A DNA stretch of 64,000 nucleotides from NCBI RefSeq assembly GCF_036321535.1, contig NC_087454.1:14632001-14696000 (forward strand), written 5' to 3'. The position numbers and the translations under genes are program-made. The notes beneath the pieces were generated by a model, which was not told the DNA's origin, ran no database searches, and saw nothing but the letters and a program-made list of their open reading frames with translations. Shown piece after piece: positions 24,316 to 36,262 of this stretch; within the stretch, counting starts at the first letter, position 1; every line of letters starts with the position of its first letter. The DNA is from Camelus dromedarius. Taxonomy: Eukaryota.

Positions 24316-25699
24316 AACTGTAGGTATTGGAGAAGGTTAAGAACTCAACCTTCTTTGATGTTAAATGTCATTATGTAAAAGCCCTAACAACATTGAAAAC
24401 CTTATTATAATCATAAAGCTAGCCTACGAAAGGAGTTTACTTTTTCCTTGAAAGATTATAAATATGGACCACTTTAGAAATGGTGTGATCTAAGTCCTTA
24501 TTGCTGTCCTTGGGTTAATCAGCAATGAGTAACAGCAAAGTATGACGTAAGGGGGAATTCTGATATTCAGTGTATTTCTCTTTTCCTAAATCTTATTTTT
24601 TCCATTTAAATTTCTCATATGCTTATGGACAACTGGCTGTAAACATAAAAATAGCAAAAGTCAACTCTTGGCTACCTCCCTATCCCCACCTCCATCCCTC
24701 CGCTCAACAACTGATTCTCACATGATTTGGTAATTCTTTAGAACTGCATGGATTGTACCTTTCCCTCTTTGACGGGAATCTTCTATGTCCTTTGTCAGTT
24801 GTTTCAAAGTGAAACAGAACTCAGAGGTGGAGGGTGGTGATGGCCTAACCTATATGTACAGTTTATTAGTAGTCGTTCTGCCCAACTGAAATATGTGCAC
24901 AACTGAAATATTTGCACAGTTACTTATCTGTAACTGCTCCCCCCTCCCCATGACACATTTATCTGGAATTTGGGTAAGTAGCAAAGATGAAATATAAACT
25001 GCAGAAACACCTAAATCGTTAAAAAAATTTTTGATGAACATATGAGAACGTAGGATTTGGGAGATGGGGGAAACAGCAGAAAGCCTATTAATATAAACCT
25101 ACAGAGCTGTTAGACTGACAATTCTGAGACAGAGAGAAGCTTGCAGCCCCATGGCAGGCTCCTCCTGTGGCTTTCGACACCAGGAAAAGCAGCCTTCCTC
25201 TTCTTGCAGAGGCCGCCTCACAGGCTTTATCCCTGTGAGGATTCCCACGCCGTAGTGGGAGTGCCCAGTGGTGTGCACAAGGTCCTCACAGAGAGAACTG
25301 GGCTTGGGATCTGGTGAGAGACATGCTGATAAGGAAGGGCTAGGAAAATTTGAGTTATCCAGGCTTTCTGAAACCACAGTTGATACTATAGGGAGGTATG
25401 GCCCGGGTGTCTTGCTTCAGTTATTTTCAGGCACAACCAGGCAATTGAAATAGTAACTGTCAGTTATAAAAGGGCCCTTCCTTGTCCGTGTCCTTGTGGA
25501 TTTGTAGATACCCTCTTTGTCATTAAATTTTACCTTAAGCCAAATAATTTCAGTTTTTTAAAGGAAGGAGCTTGGCAGATACTGAGATGGACGGGGCCAC
25601 CTGCTTCTTGGAATTTTTTTGAAATAGAACATTTTTTAATCTAGGGGAAAAGGGGAAGAAAAAACAGTATTTATATTCTGACTGGTTCTTAGATATCAC

Positions 25700-25920
25700 C
25701 TCCTCTGGCCAGGCACAATTTTAAAATGCTTTCTGTCAAACTCATTCTCACAACCACCGTGTGAGGTAGGTATTGCTCTTTTCCCCATTGTAGAGTAGAG
25801 GAAGCTGATTCCAAGAAGTCTTCATAACTTGCCCAGGGTCACACAGCTTGTAGCTGGTGAAGCTGGGATTTGAGCCTACGCCACCTGACTTCCCAGTTCC
25901 TGTTCTTAATCACCACACTA
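25700..25920 (-). mobile_element. MIR SINE
   Basis: 'ctcacaaccaccgtgtgaggtaggtatt...aacttgcccagggtcacacagcttgtagctggtgaagctgggatttgagcc'. Confidence 0.85.
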
Positions 25921-26253
25921 AGTAAATATCCTTATGCATGATGAATGGATCCCTGAGAAATATTTTACAAATCAACTCATATTAAATGCTTTGAGTTTGA
26001 AATATAATGCAGTCCTCCACTGAAGCCTTGTGAAAATGACATACATTGGGGGCAGTCTTACATTAGCAGGTTTTAAATATAAATTAAAAAAAAATCAGGC
26101 TAAATAGTACCTAAAATAGAGGTCATCTACAGAAAAAGAAAAGACTTTGAGCTGTTCAAGAAATATGTACTAAATAAATAATTAAAGGAATAGAATATTG
26201 TAAGGCAGGATAGTTGGTCTAATGTAGAGTTTCTAGGTAAAAAATAGAATCTT

Positions 26254-26314
26254 TTAAAAAATATATCTTTTATTGAAGTACCATCAGTTACAGTATATCA
26301 ATTTCTGGTGTACA
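26254..26314 (-). mobile_element. 61-bp 5'-truncated L1 3' tip with 15-bp TSD
   Basis: 'ttttattgaagta...caatttctggtgtaca' is an antisense L1 3' end, flanked by AAAAAATAGAATCTT (26239-26253) and AAAAAATTGAATCTT (26315-26329). Confidence 0.75.
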
Positions 26315-26504
26315 AAAAAATTGAATCTTGACCTAAGTCTTGCTTTTAGCTGTTTAAGCCATTCTGATACTTCCTATAGACACACCCATGCGATAGATGA
26401 GACAGGCAGGAAGACTTGCAGAAATCACCTAGGATGTCCTTTGTTCCTGTGTTCTCTGACCCAGCTCCTGAGTTACAACTTTGCAGTCCCAGTATTGATA
26501 CTAC

Positions 26505-26803
26505 NNNNNNNNNNNNNNNNNNNNNNNNNNNNNNNNNNNNNNNNNNNNNNNNNNNNNNNNNNNNNNNNNNNNNNNNNNNNNNNNNNNNNNNNNNNNNNNN
26601 NNNNNNNNNNNNNNNNNNNNNNNNNNNNNNNNNNNNNNNNNNNNNNNNNNNNNNNNNNNNNNNNNNNNNNNNNNNNNNNNNNNNNNNNNNNNNNNNNNNN
26701 NNNNNNNNNNNNNNNNNNNNNNNNNNNNNNNNNNNNNNNNNNNNNNNNNNNNNNNNNNNNNNNNNNNNNNNNNNNNNNNNNNNNNNNNNNNNNNNNNNNN
26801 NNN
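26505..26803. other. Assembly gap (299 N)
   Basis: N run. Confidence 0.98.
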
Positions 26804-28309
26804 CAGTGTTTGAAACTCAGCTTTCCCTAAATAGCTCCTGACTTTCATCAGCTCTTAGACCCTCACAATCACTGTCTGGGTAGGAACCTTTAGTGTGGGT
26901 CCTGCCTCCGTAAAACACAGCAACCCCATCTGCCTTCATGGACGATTTTTTAAAACCAAATGTGCTAGTGCAGTGTCTTACTCAGAATTCCTTTTTCTTA
27001 GAGATCTCTCTGGAGATTTGTTTGGGCCAATGGCTCCCCACCCACTTGACATTTTGCCCATTACATGTTTCTTCCAAGGAACAAAAATGTAACTCTCCCT
27101 TTCTGACAGCATGGGAGACATTCTCTTGCTGTTGCTCTCCAGGAAAAATCTCATAATCTAACTAGACGAACCCTTGCTGAAAAATTAAACCAAATGGCAT
27201 TTGTAAACTCCAAGGAAAGCATATTTCTTCTATGAAGTATTTCCTAGCAGTAAGTGTTAGGAACTTTACATATAGTGATACCCGTTAGGCTCATGGAAAA
27301 AATGAAAAGCTATAAACAGCTGGATATACTGTCAGAAATGAACCCTGTCAACCTAATTTTTTCCCTAGCTCTGTTGTGCTGAGAAACGTAGAGTATTTTT
27401 AATTCACATTTATGAGATGAATGAGAAAACTGAATGGATGAAATTTAGTTGCTGAAAGAAACACTAGGTAGCTAGGTAGCTCTTTTTTGCTTACGTGGTA
27501 AGTTTAAAGGAAGGAAATAATATTAGAAAATTTATGTTGGGATCATGTGCCTGTATCCTCTTTCTCACATTAAAAATTCAGTGCACATTTAATTTATCTG
27601 TATGCCTGATAACATTGGTGGTGGTTTTGTTTTATTTTTGTTTGTTTGTTTGACACGTGGTCTAAACTCATTAGGCAATGAAATAACCAATCTTGAGAAA
27701 TCTTTTTTGGGTTACCAGGGCATCATAAAAACCTAGGGATCTGTGGTGTTTGTTTTCAGTGTCAGACCAAATAAAAATGTTAGATTTGGGGGAAGGCAAT
27801 TTATGCCACATAAATGTGCTTTTTAAAATAAGGTTCTTTTATTTACTATTTAGCACTCTACTGTCTAATGCATTATAATCTTCTCAGGTCCTTTCTATGA
27901 TGAGAAACTCCTAGTGAAGGAATAAACAGCCAATGACTCATTTAACGTTTGTAGGCTCTAGGTACACACAATTGCATCATCAAATGTTTGAAACAAAAAT
28001 GGGATGGAGTGAATGTGTTCTGATCTATGGCTAATATGAAACGTAACTAATGTCATTGTCTGATATGCCTTCTTTTAAGAATTAGATTAGTGGCATGTCT
28101 GAAATTGGACCTTGAATCTAATGTATTGTACAGAAATAAATTTTTGTCTTGAAAAAGCAATTACTACTTGCTTTTAGAGTTACTTGCTTGTCTTATGTGT
28201 GCTATATATTACCCCAGTTTAAGTGATATTTATCTATGCAGCTTATAATCTGTCATGACTTTCTGTGGTACAGTGAAAACTTTAAAGCTAATTGTACCTG
28301 CAAGTTTAT

Positions 28310-28475
28310 ATCTGACATTTTAGCTACATGTCTTTGGGTAAGTAAGTTAATTTCTGTCAACCCTCAATTTTGACAAGTATAAAATGAAGTTTTATATCAT
28401 TTGAACTGCTTTTATAGATAGAAATAATGCAAATAAAATACCTTACACAGTGCCTTGGATACAGTGATTATCAGA
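28310..28475 (+). mobile_element. MIR SINE
   Basis: 'tagctacatgtctttgggtaagtaagttaatttctgtcaaccctcaattt...aaaatg...ccttacacagtgccttgg'. Confidence 0.6.
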
Positions 28476-28483
28476 AGGTAGTT

Positions 28484-29825
28484 GTGGCCCAAATGGTTTC
28501 ACTGGTGAATTCTGTCAAACAACTGAGGAAGCAGTAACGCCACTGTTACTCAAAATCTTGCAGAAAAGAGAGGAAGTGAGAACACATTTTATGTAGCTAT
28601 TGTAATCCTGATGACAAACAAAATTTTTTTAAAAAGTAGAGCTCTTAACAAAATACTGTGAAGTAAATATGCAGCAGTGCATAAAAATGATGACATATCA
28701 CAAACTAGTTGGGTTTATCCCTGGAGTGCAAAGTTAAGCATTTGAAAATTAATCTGCGTAATTCACCAAAGCTACGAAACAGAGGAGAAAAATCATATGA
28801 TGACATAAATAAATACAGAAAAATCATTTGACAAAATGGAACACCTATTTATGGTAAAAACTTGGTAAAAGTAGAAATGGGGGAACTTTTATTTGATAAA
28901 GTGAATCTGTGGAAAATCTACAGCTAGCATCATACTTCATGGTAAAATGCTGAATGTTTTCACCCTAACATTGGTAACTAGACAAGGGTGTGTACTCACT
29001 TTTTTTAGTTATTATTCTTTTGGAGGTCCTAGCTAGTATAATGGGACAAAAAGAAAAGAAATACAGATTGAAAAGGGAGCAGTAAAACTCTCCGTATTTA
29101 TAGAAGACATGGTTGATTGCACAGAACCTTCACTTCTAGGTGTTTTCCAAGGATAAAACGTATGTCCACAAAAAGACTTGTCCAAGAATTTTTCATGGCA
29201 GCTCTATTTAGAATCACCATAAGGGGAAATAGCCCAGCTGTTCGTCAGGAGGGGAGGGTTTCCTATGTGGAATACTCTTGGGCCTTAAAAAGAACAAACT
29301 GATTGATGCAGCAATTTAGATGAATCCTGAAAACCTTTATGCTGTGTGAAAAACCTTGCACGAGAGGGTGTCTCCTGTGTGGTTCCATTTAGATGAAGTC
29401 CTTAAACAGGTGAAATTAATTTATGATGCAAAGAGAACAGAAGGCGTGGGGGCAGGAATTGATCAGGAAGAGGCATGAGGGGAATTTGGGGGCTGATGGT
29501 GATGCTCTTTACCTTGGCGGAGGTTTGTGTTACACAGGTGCATACATTTGTCAAAGCTTATTAAATAGTACATTTAAATTTTATGTATCTCACTGTATGT
29601 TATCAGGTGCTATAAGGATTTTGAAGTCTGTCTCATACATGCTGAGTGAAACCATATTTAGAGGTAAGGAGTATTGACATTTGCAACTAACTTTGAATTA
29701 AAAACATAAGATAGAGTGAGTAAAAGATAGAGGGATGGAAATCTGGCTCTAGGTGTTAGGTGGAGCCAGTGTGGGTTTTGATTGTGTAACTCTCAATTTT
29801 TCTGTATGTATGAAAATTTCATAAT
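28484..29825 (+). mobile_element. Old LINE-1: RT-domain segment joined to a 3' end (internal deletion near 29130)
   Basis: 'ggcccaaatggtttcactggtgaattc' (PGPDGFTGEF-like), 'ttgggtttatccctggagtgcaa', 'aaatcatttgacaaaat', then 3' end 'tatgtccacaaaaagacttg' through 'gaaaatttcataata'. Confidence 0.85.
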
Positions 29826-30439
29826 AGAGTACTGGGGGAGAAGGCAGGTTTTCTGTTTCAGCATCCAAAGTTAGAAAAGATCTTAAGTTACAGGCTAAGG
29901 CACTGAAATCTAATTCCTCAAAATCCAGAGTTGTTAAACGATAGAGTTGGTATTAAATTGCAGGGTCCTCTAATCCTACAATCGGTATTCTTCTGGTCTC
30001 ACTGCACCACTTTCCAAGTCCAAACGCCCAGAGCCCATCCGTTAAAATGAGAGTAGGCATGAAACCTGCTTTCCTCTGAACCCCTGTGGCTACTCTTAAG
30101 TCTTTAATCAACTGACCTTTTTTAAAAAAAGATATTCTTGAGAGAAATGATGGCAGTAGTAGTCAGGTTATTGAACACACCTTAACTAAATACCCATCTA
30201 AATATAAGTATTCAGATATAATCAGTTATAAATAAGTCTGCTTTCTCAAAGAATTACTTTTCCTCCTGCGCTCTTACACTGGGAATTTTAGATACAGAAA
30301 TAAAATTCCAGGTATCTTAGAATTATAAAACCAAGCCTGTATGTATTTTTTCCCTAATTCAAGCCAAAATTCAGTGGAGTCTTGGAGGTGATAAGCCAGT
30401 CTTCTGTTCAGAGGACGGCCTCTGGCAGGCTTGCTTAGA

Positions 30440-30560
30440 GCAGCCTGTGGCCATGGAAACAGTGCAGAGCTGGGTGTGCAGTGACTGGGACTCTAATCCC
30501 AGGTCTGACCTTAATGAGTCCTGTGACTTTGTATAACTCCCCTAACCTTTCTCAGGGCCA
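30440..30560 (+). mobile_element. MIR fragment
   Basis: 'gactgggactctaatcccaggtctgacc...ctgtgactttgtataactcccctaacctttctcag'. Confidence 0.6.
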
Positions 30561-30619
30561 TCCTTTGATCTTGCTCTCCTTATTAGTGTGAGGATAAAAA
30601 TAAAGCAAGTTGCAGAGTT

Positions 30620-30710
30620 GAAAGAGTTGAAAGATACTCAAACCCAACCTCCTTGTTTTATTGGTGAGAAAATTGAAGCCTACTGATTTGTTCAAGGTAA
30701 TGGAGCTTTG
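30620..30710 (-). mobile_element. MIR fragment
   Basis: 'caaacccaacctccttgttttattggtgagaaaattgaagcc...tttgttcaaggt'. Confidence 0.5.
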
Positions 30711-31384
30711 ATAGAAGCAAAGCCCATGCCTTAAAACAGTCTTTTCCTGACTTACAGGTTTGTGTAATTGCCCCATCATAATTACCTCCATTCAATCGCT
30801 ATGAAAGCACTCCAAGATAAATGTACCGTAGGAATGCAGAGTGTTGGTGGTGGTGGTATTTCTTACGATAGACGTAAATATTGGGTGCGTAGTTTTTCTT
30901 AGAGAATAAAAAAGTCTTGTGGATTTTAACATATATACTATGATTTTATGTTAAATTTGTAACTAGAAAGCCATATGTAAATAATAGTTTATCTGTAGGG
31001 AAGTGGTCCCTTTGGTGAAATTCATCATTTTTGTTTAATACCCTGATCACTATGCTGGACCTTTTTATAGATTATTCTTAAGTGTAATAGTCAATATATG
31101 TAATACGTTAAAAGATTCACTATTTCAATTGTAGATATTCCACTGGGACATGGTTGATAAAAAGGAAATAGAAACACTGTACAGTATTGCATTTTGAAAT
31201 AATAGGATTTAGGCAACACTCTAACTAAATATAATGGCATCTTTTCAAATACATTATTTTTTTAATCCTTAAAAAGCCAAAAACCGTTTTGAGGTAAAAG
31301 AGGCTAAATGAAATTTCTTGAAGGCAGGTATGTATTGGCAGCTTTTTAATTTGGGGTTATGTTTGTGTTTTGTAGACTTAATGC

Positions 31385-34250
31385 AGAAGCATTATATAAA
31401 TTTTTATATATCGATTGAGGTATAATTGAAGTACAGTGAACTTCATTCACATATTTAATTATAGTTTGATCTAATTTGATATCTTCATACACCGGTGAAA
31501 CCATCACTACAATCAAGATGAAGAAAATCTCCGTCAATCTCTTGCTCAGAGCTCCTTTGCAATCTCTCCCTCTTTTCATCCCTAGGCAACCAGTGACTTG
31601 CCTTTTTTCCCACATAAGTTAGTTTACATCCCCTAGAATTTTATGTAATAGAATTGTATATAAGAATTTTCTCCCTTTTTTCTTTTCGCCTAGTAGTATT
31701 CCATTATGTGGGTGGCTTGTCCATTCTGTGCGTTGGACATTTGGCTTATTTTCAGTTAGTGTCTGTTTACAAACAAAATGGCCGCATCTTTGTGTGGATA
31801 TGTATCTTCCTTTCTCATGGGTAAAAACCTATAACTGGAATGGCTAGGTTACATATGTGTATGCCTAACATTTTATGAAGCTCTCAAAGTGGTAATACCA
31901 TTTTGGATTTCCACCATTAGTGAATGAGAGTTCATGTTGTTCAAAATACTTGTCAGTGCTTGGTATGGTCAGTCTTCTAATTTTAGCCAATCTGATGGAT
32001 GTGTATTGTAACCTCATTGTGTATTTAATTTGCTTTTCTCTGACGACTGATGATGTTTAACATCTTTTCATGCACTTTTGGTTGATGGCATATCTTCTGC
32101 GAAATGTCTGTCTAAATCTTTTGTCTATTTTTTTTAAACTGGGTTATTTCTTATTGAATTTGCAAGAGTTCTTTCTGTATTTAGAATACAAGTTCTTCAT
32201 CTGTTGGATGATGAGATTGTGTTGAGAAACTTTCCTTCCTGAATGTGGCTTGCCTTTTCATTTTTAAAGTGGTGTCTTTCCAAGAACAAAAGTTTTAATT
32301 TTTGATGAAGTCTGATTTACCAATTTTAGCTTTAATGTTTTGTATTTTTTGCTTTCATTCTATCTACGGAAACTACCATAAGATTACAAATATTTTCTTA
32401 TGTTTTCTTTTTGGAGTTCTGTAGTTTAAGGTTGTACATTTTGGTCTATGATTTGAGTCAGTTTTTGTGTTGAGTGTGAGGTAAGAATTTTGATTTCCAG
32501 TTGATCCAGCATCATTTGAAGAAAAGATTTTCTTCTCACCATTGAATTGCCTTGACATGGTAATCAAAAATCAGCTAACCATGTATATGTGCATCTAATT
32601 CTGTACAGTCTGTTTTGTTCTGTAGATCTATATCTGTCTTTCTTTCAGTAACCTACATCCTTCATTATGTAGCTTTATAGTGTATCTTTAAATTATGTAA
32701 AGCGAATTCTCCAGCTTTTAGCTCTCTAAGTTATTTGTATTTCCAAATTAACTTTAGAATCATGTTCTCAGTTTCTACCAAAAGACAAAAAAAGCCTGGT
32801 TGATTTTGTTTGGAATTACATTGAATCTATATATCAGTCTGGGGAGAATTGCCATCCATGAATATGGTGCATCTCTTCATTTATTTATGTGTTATGTAAT
32901 TCAGCAGTATTTCAGAGTTTAGTGTAAGGTATTGGATATCTTTTCCTGGGCTTATTCCTAGATGTTCTTGTTTTCCCACTCCTGTAAAAGGAATTGAAAA
33001 ATTCTTTTCCATTTTTTGCCACTAATATATCATTATAGAACTAACTTTTAATAATAATCTTCACATGCACATTGTTAAATCAAGCCTCCATGGTTTCAGA
33101 TGAAAATCTTCAATATTTTAACCCATTTCCCTGTGTATAATTTTTATTAATTTTTTTTCTTTCTCAGTCTTTCTCTTTTACTTCTGGGGGTCCCGTCCCG
33201 TTACATATGTTAAATCTGTGGAATTTGTCCCATAGGTCTCCAAGGCTCTTTTCATCTATTTCCTTCTTTTTTTTCACCCTGTTTTTCTGATTGGATAATT
33301 TCTGTTGATCTTTTTCAAAGTTCCTGATCCTTTCTTGCATTTCCATACTGCTATTGGGTTCCTCCAGTGAGTTTTTCATTTTAAGCACTGTATTTTTCAC
33401 TTCCAAAAATTTCCTGATTTAAATTATTTTTCTCTGGGATTGTTGTTTTCATTATTTCAAGAGTGTTTTCCTTTCCCCATGGAGCATAGTTAAAATAGCT
33501 GCTTAAAATGTCTTTGATCCCATCACCTAGATTCTATTTTTCCCCCCCTGAGAAGAAACATGTTCTTGGTTGTGCGTGGTTTCAGATTGTATTCTGGCTA
33601 TTGTGAATATTCTGTTGGCTAGAGTCTGTTATAATACTCCTATTATAACCATCTGGAGAATGATACTTATTTTAGTAGGCAGTTAAGCCAGTCAGATTCA
33701 GACTGTAAGTTGTTTCTCACCTTTGTTGGGAGGTGGTTCCGGTCTTGGTTCGAGTTTTCCTGGTGCATGTGCACTCGGATTAGAGTGAGACTTGTACGGA
33801 AGGCTCACATCTCTCTGCGGCCATCAAAGCCTCTGATACTCTCATTTGAGTTGGTGTCATGCATGCTTAGCTCAGGAATTAAGGTGATATTTGTTGCATA
33901 GAATTCAGGGATCCCTTTCTTTCACTTTTTCATCTCTTAAAGAGTCTCCCCGAACTTTTTGGCCTGCAAGAATCCTTATTTCTGATTCATCTTGCCGGAA
34001 AAACAGGGTTTATCTACTCGTGCAGCTGCCATTGCTCACCATGTTGCAACTGGGGGCTTTACCCTTGGAGTCACACTGCACAAGAGAAAACATAAAAGCA
34101 AAAACCAAATGAGAGCCATCACTAGGCAGGTCACTTTGCCAAGTTTTGACTCTTCCATAATCTGCCAGCTTTTGAGAGTTCCCAGGTGGTTGAGGTGTGT
34201 GTGTGTGTAAAATTTAAAGTTTTTAGTTGTAATCAGCATGAGGAATGGGT
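31385..34250 (-). mobile_element. Old LINE-1 (L1M group): 3' UTR plus ORF2 C-terminus joined to ORF1/5' region; EN-RT segment missing
   Basis: ORF 33164-33406 (EVKNTVLKMKNSLEEPNSSMEMQERIRNFE...KSLGDLWDKFHRFNI) resembles the L1 ORF1 coiled-coil/RRM start. ORF 32373-32567 (QFNGEKKIFSSNDAG...YLTLNTKTDS) resembles frameshifted ORF2. T-rich 3' end at about 31385. Confidence 0.88.
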
Positions 34251-35289
34251 GATACTGGGCTTACCCAATAAGCTTAGCCAAACCGTTGTGACAAAATTCT
34301 CTTCATGTGTAAGCTGTGTAGAGTAGAGCAGAAGTGATTGTCAAATTGTGTCCATTACCCACACACACAATTGAAGAATATAGTTTCTATTATATTTTAG
34401 ATTGTACAGTCCAGCTATTCTTTGCATATACTGTGATTTCAAGGACATGGAAGATAATACTGTTTCCTTCCTCCCCTGAGTTATTAAATATAAAATCGAT
34501 TACATATGTAAAGTGCTTGGAGCTATCAGAATCAAAATCTGTATAAATTAAAGTGGTGTTATTACTTTACTGCACAACTAATCCTTTAGATATTGGTATA
34601 GCTCCTTAGGATCAATTCTTTGTGGTGATTTACATCTATTTTAATTAAAGAGTTTAGGAATTAATGTTGGTGACAGTATTTCCTGTTGTGAAATGTGTAT
34701 AATAGGTCACCTTTTTTATGAAATACAAAGTTTATAAAATATAAAAATCAAAGGATAAGTTATTATTTCTGAATGATGTGTATTTTGGAAATAGTACAAT
34801 ATTCCAATATTCTTTTTTTCATTTCTCAGAATGATCAGAGGCTGATGGGAATTGTGTGTTATGTATTTCTACTTTTTTTTGGTAATCATTTAGTGACTCA
34901 TAAGGAAATGAAGACTGAGGGCAGCAAGGCCATTTAATGTAACAATGAAATTACATTGTGGTTGAAAAAAATAATGTATGGATTTGTGATAAAGCATAAG
35001 ATTTTTCCATATCCTTAAGAAACCCTTCTGACCCTGAATTAGATCAAGTTATTTAAATAGGGCTCAGTTAAGTAGCACATGACGGTTCAGGTGAAAGAAT
35101 TTCCTAATTGGCACTTTCCAAGCATTTATTATTCTGGTGGGCTTCTTGAAATTGTGGGTATAAAAATAGCAATTTTCTGAATTTATCTTATTTGTAAAAT
35201 GCACTGTTTAGTTAGATATTTTCTTATATGGTGACCAGAATTTTAAAGATATTTACCTGACTAATCTCTGTTGTATCAGATTACCTTGA

Positions 35290-35720
35290 TGTTTTGCATT
35301 TTAAAAATTATGATCTAATTAGCATTCAGTAAAATGCACAAATCTTGTGTAATGCTTGCACAAATAAATTTTTAATATATGTAACCCAGGTCAGGATAGC
35401 TAACATTTCTCTCATCCCTGAAACTTTTTTCCTTTCGGTATCTTCCAACCAGAGTTAATCACATTTGATCTTTGTCCAGCACATCTTAGTTGCCTGTTCT
35501 TAAATGTCATATAAATAGGATTATACATGATGTTTTCAGATGCATATATATTGTGTGCATCAGTAGTCTTTTCATTTCTTTTGTTTAGGAGTAATCAGTT
35601 TATCAGTATGCCCCAGCTTGATTATCCATTTTTCTCCTGCTTGCTTGCTTCCATTTTGGGGCTACTATGAATAGAAGTACTTAGATCTTCCTTGTACTCA
35701 TCTTTTTGTGGATATAGTTT
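35290..35720 (-). mobile_element. Old LINE-1 3' UTR fragment
   Basis: 'aattagcattcagtaaaatgcacaaatctt...aacatttctctcatccctgaaac...ttgcctgttcttaaatgtcatataaataggattatac'. Confidence 0.75.
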
Positions 35721-36129
35721 ACATTGTTCATATTATATAAGTTCATTATAAATTATTTTGAATATAGCAATTTGTTGAATTTCTTTTTCTTGTGAATTTG
35801 TAGAAGATATTCTTCTATAAAATGAAAAACTGGTCCCAAGATGTAAAAATTACACTAAGAGACTGTAACACGTTTTGAAAGACTATTTTCCCTTTTTTCA
35901 AAACATGGATGGTCCATATTTGATTCTGCTCTACAAACTATAAAGAAAAAATAAATTCTGTAAATCTATTAGATGCATATGAAAATTAAAATGCACCACA
36001 TATGAAATTCTTATCTTTTTTTCCAAATAGTTTATATGACTATTTCACCACCCCAAGGACCAGCCACATGGTTCTGTATCTTTTCTCTGTTATGCTGTTT
36101 CACTGTAGTTGGACACATAAACTGCTTAT

Positions 36130-36262
36130 CGTATACTATCTCCCTATGAGACCATAAGCTCCTTGGAGACAAAGACCATCTGTGACTTACTCTTCTGTTC
36201 CTAGCATCTAGCACTTTGCCTGGCACATGGTAGGTACACATTATATATTGAGTGAACTGAAT
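36130..36262 (+). mobile_element. LINE-2 3' end
   Basis: 'taagctccttggagacaaagaccatc...ttcctagcatctagcactttgcctggcacatggtaggt...tgagtgaactgaat'. Confidence 0.85.

Noticed and set aside
33164-33406. ORF1p-like ORF as a possible domesticated L1 gene
   Set aside because: Only 80 aa, with a non-ATG start, inside a decayed L1 with disrupted flanking frames; ordinary fossil.
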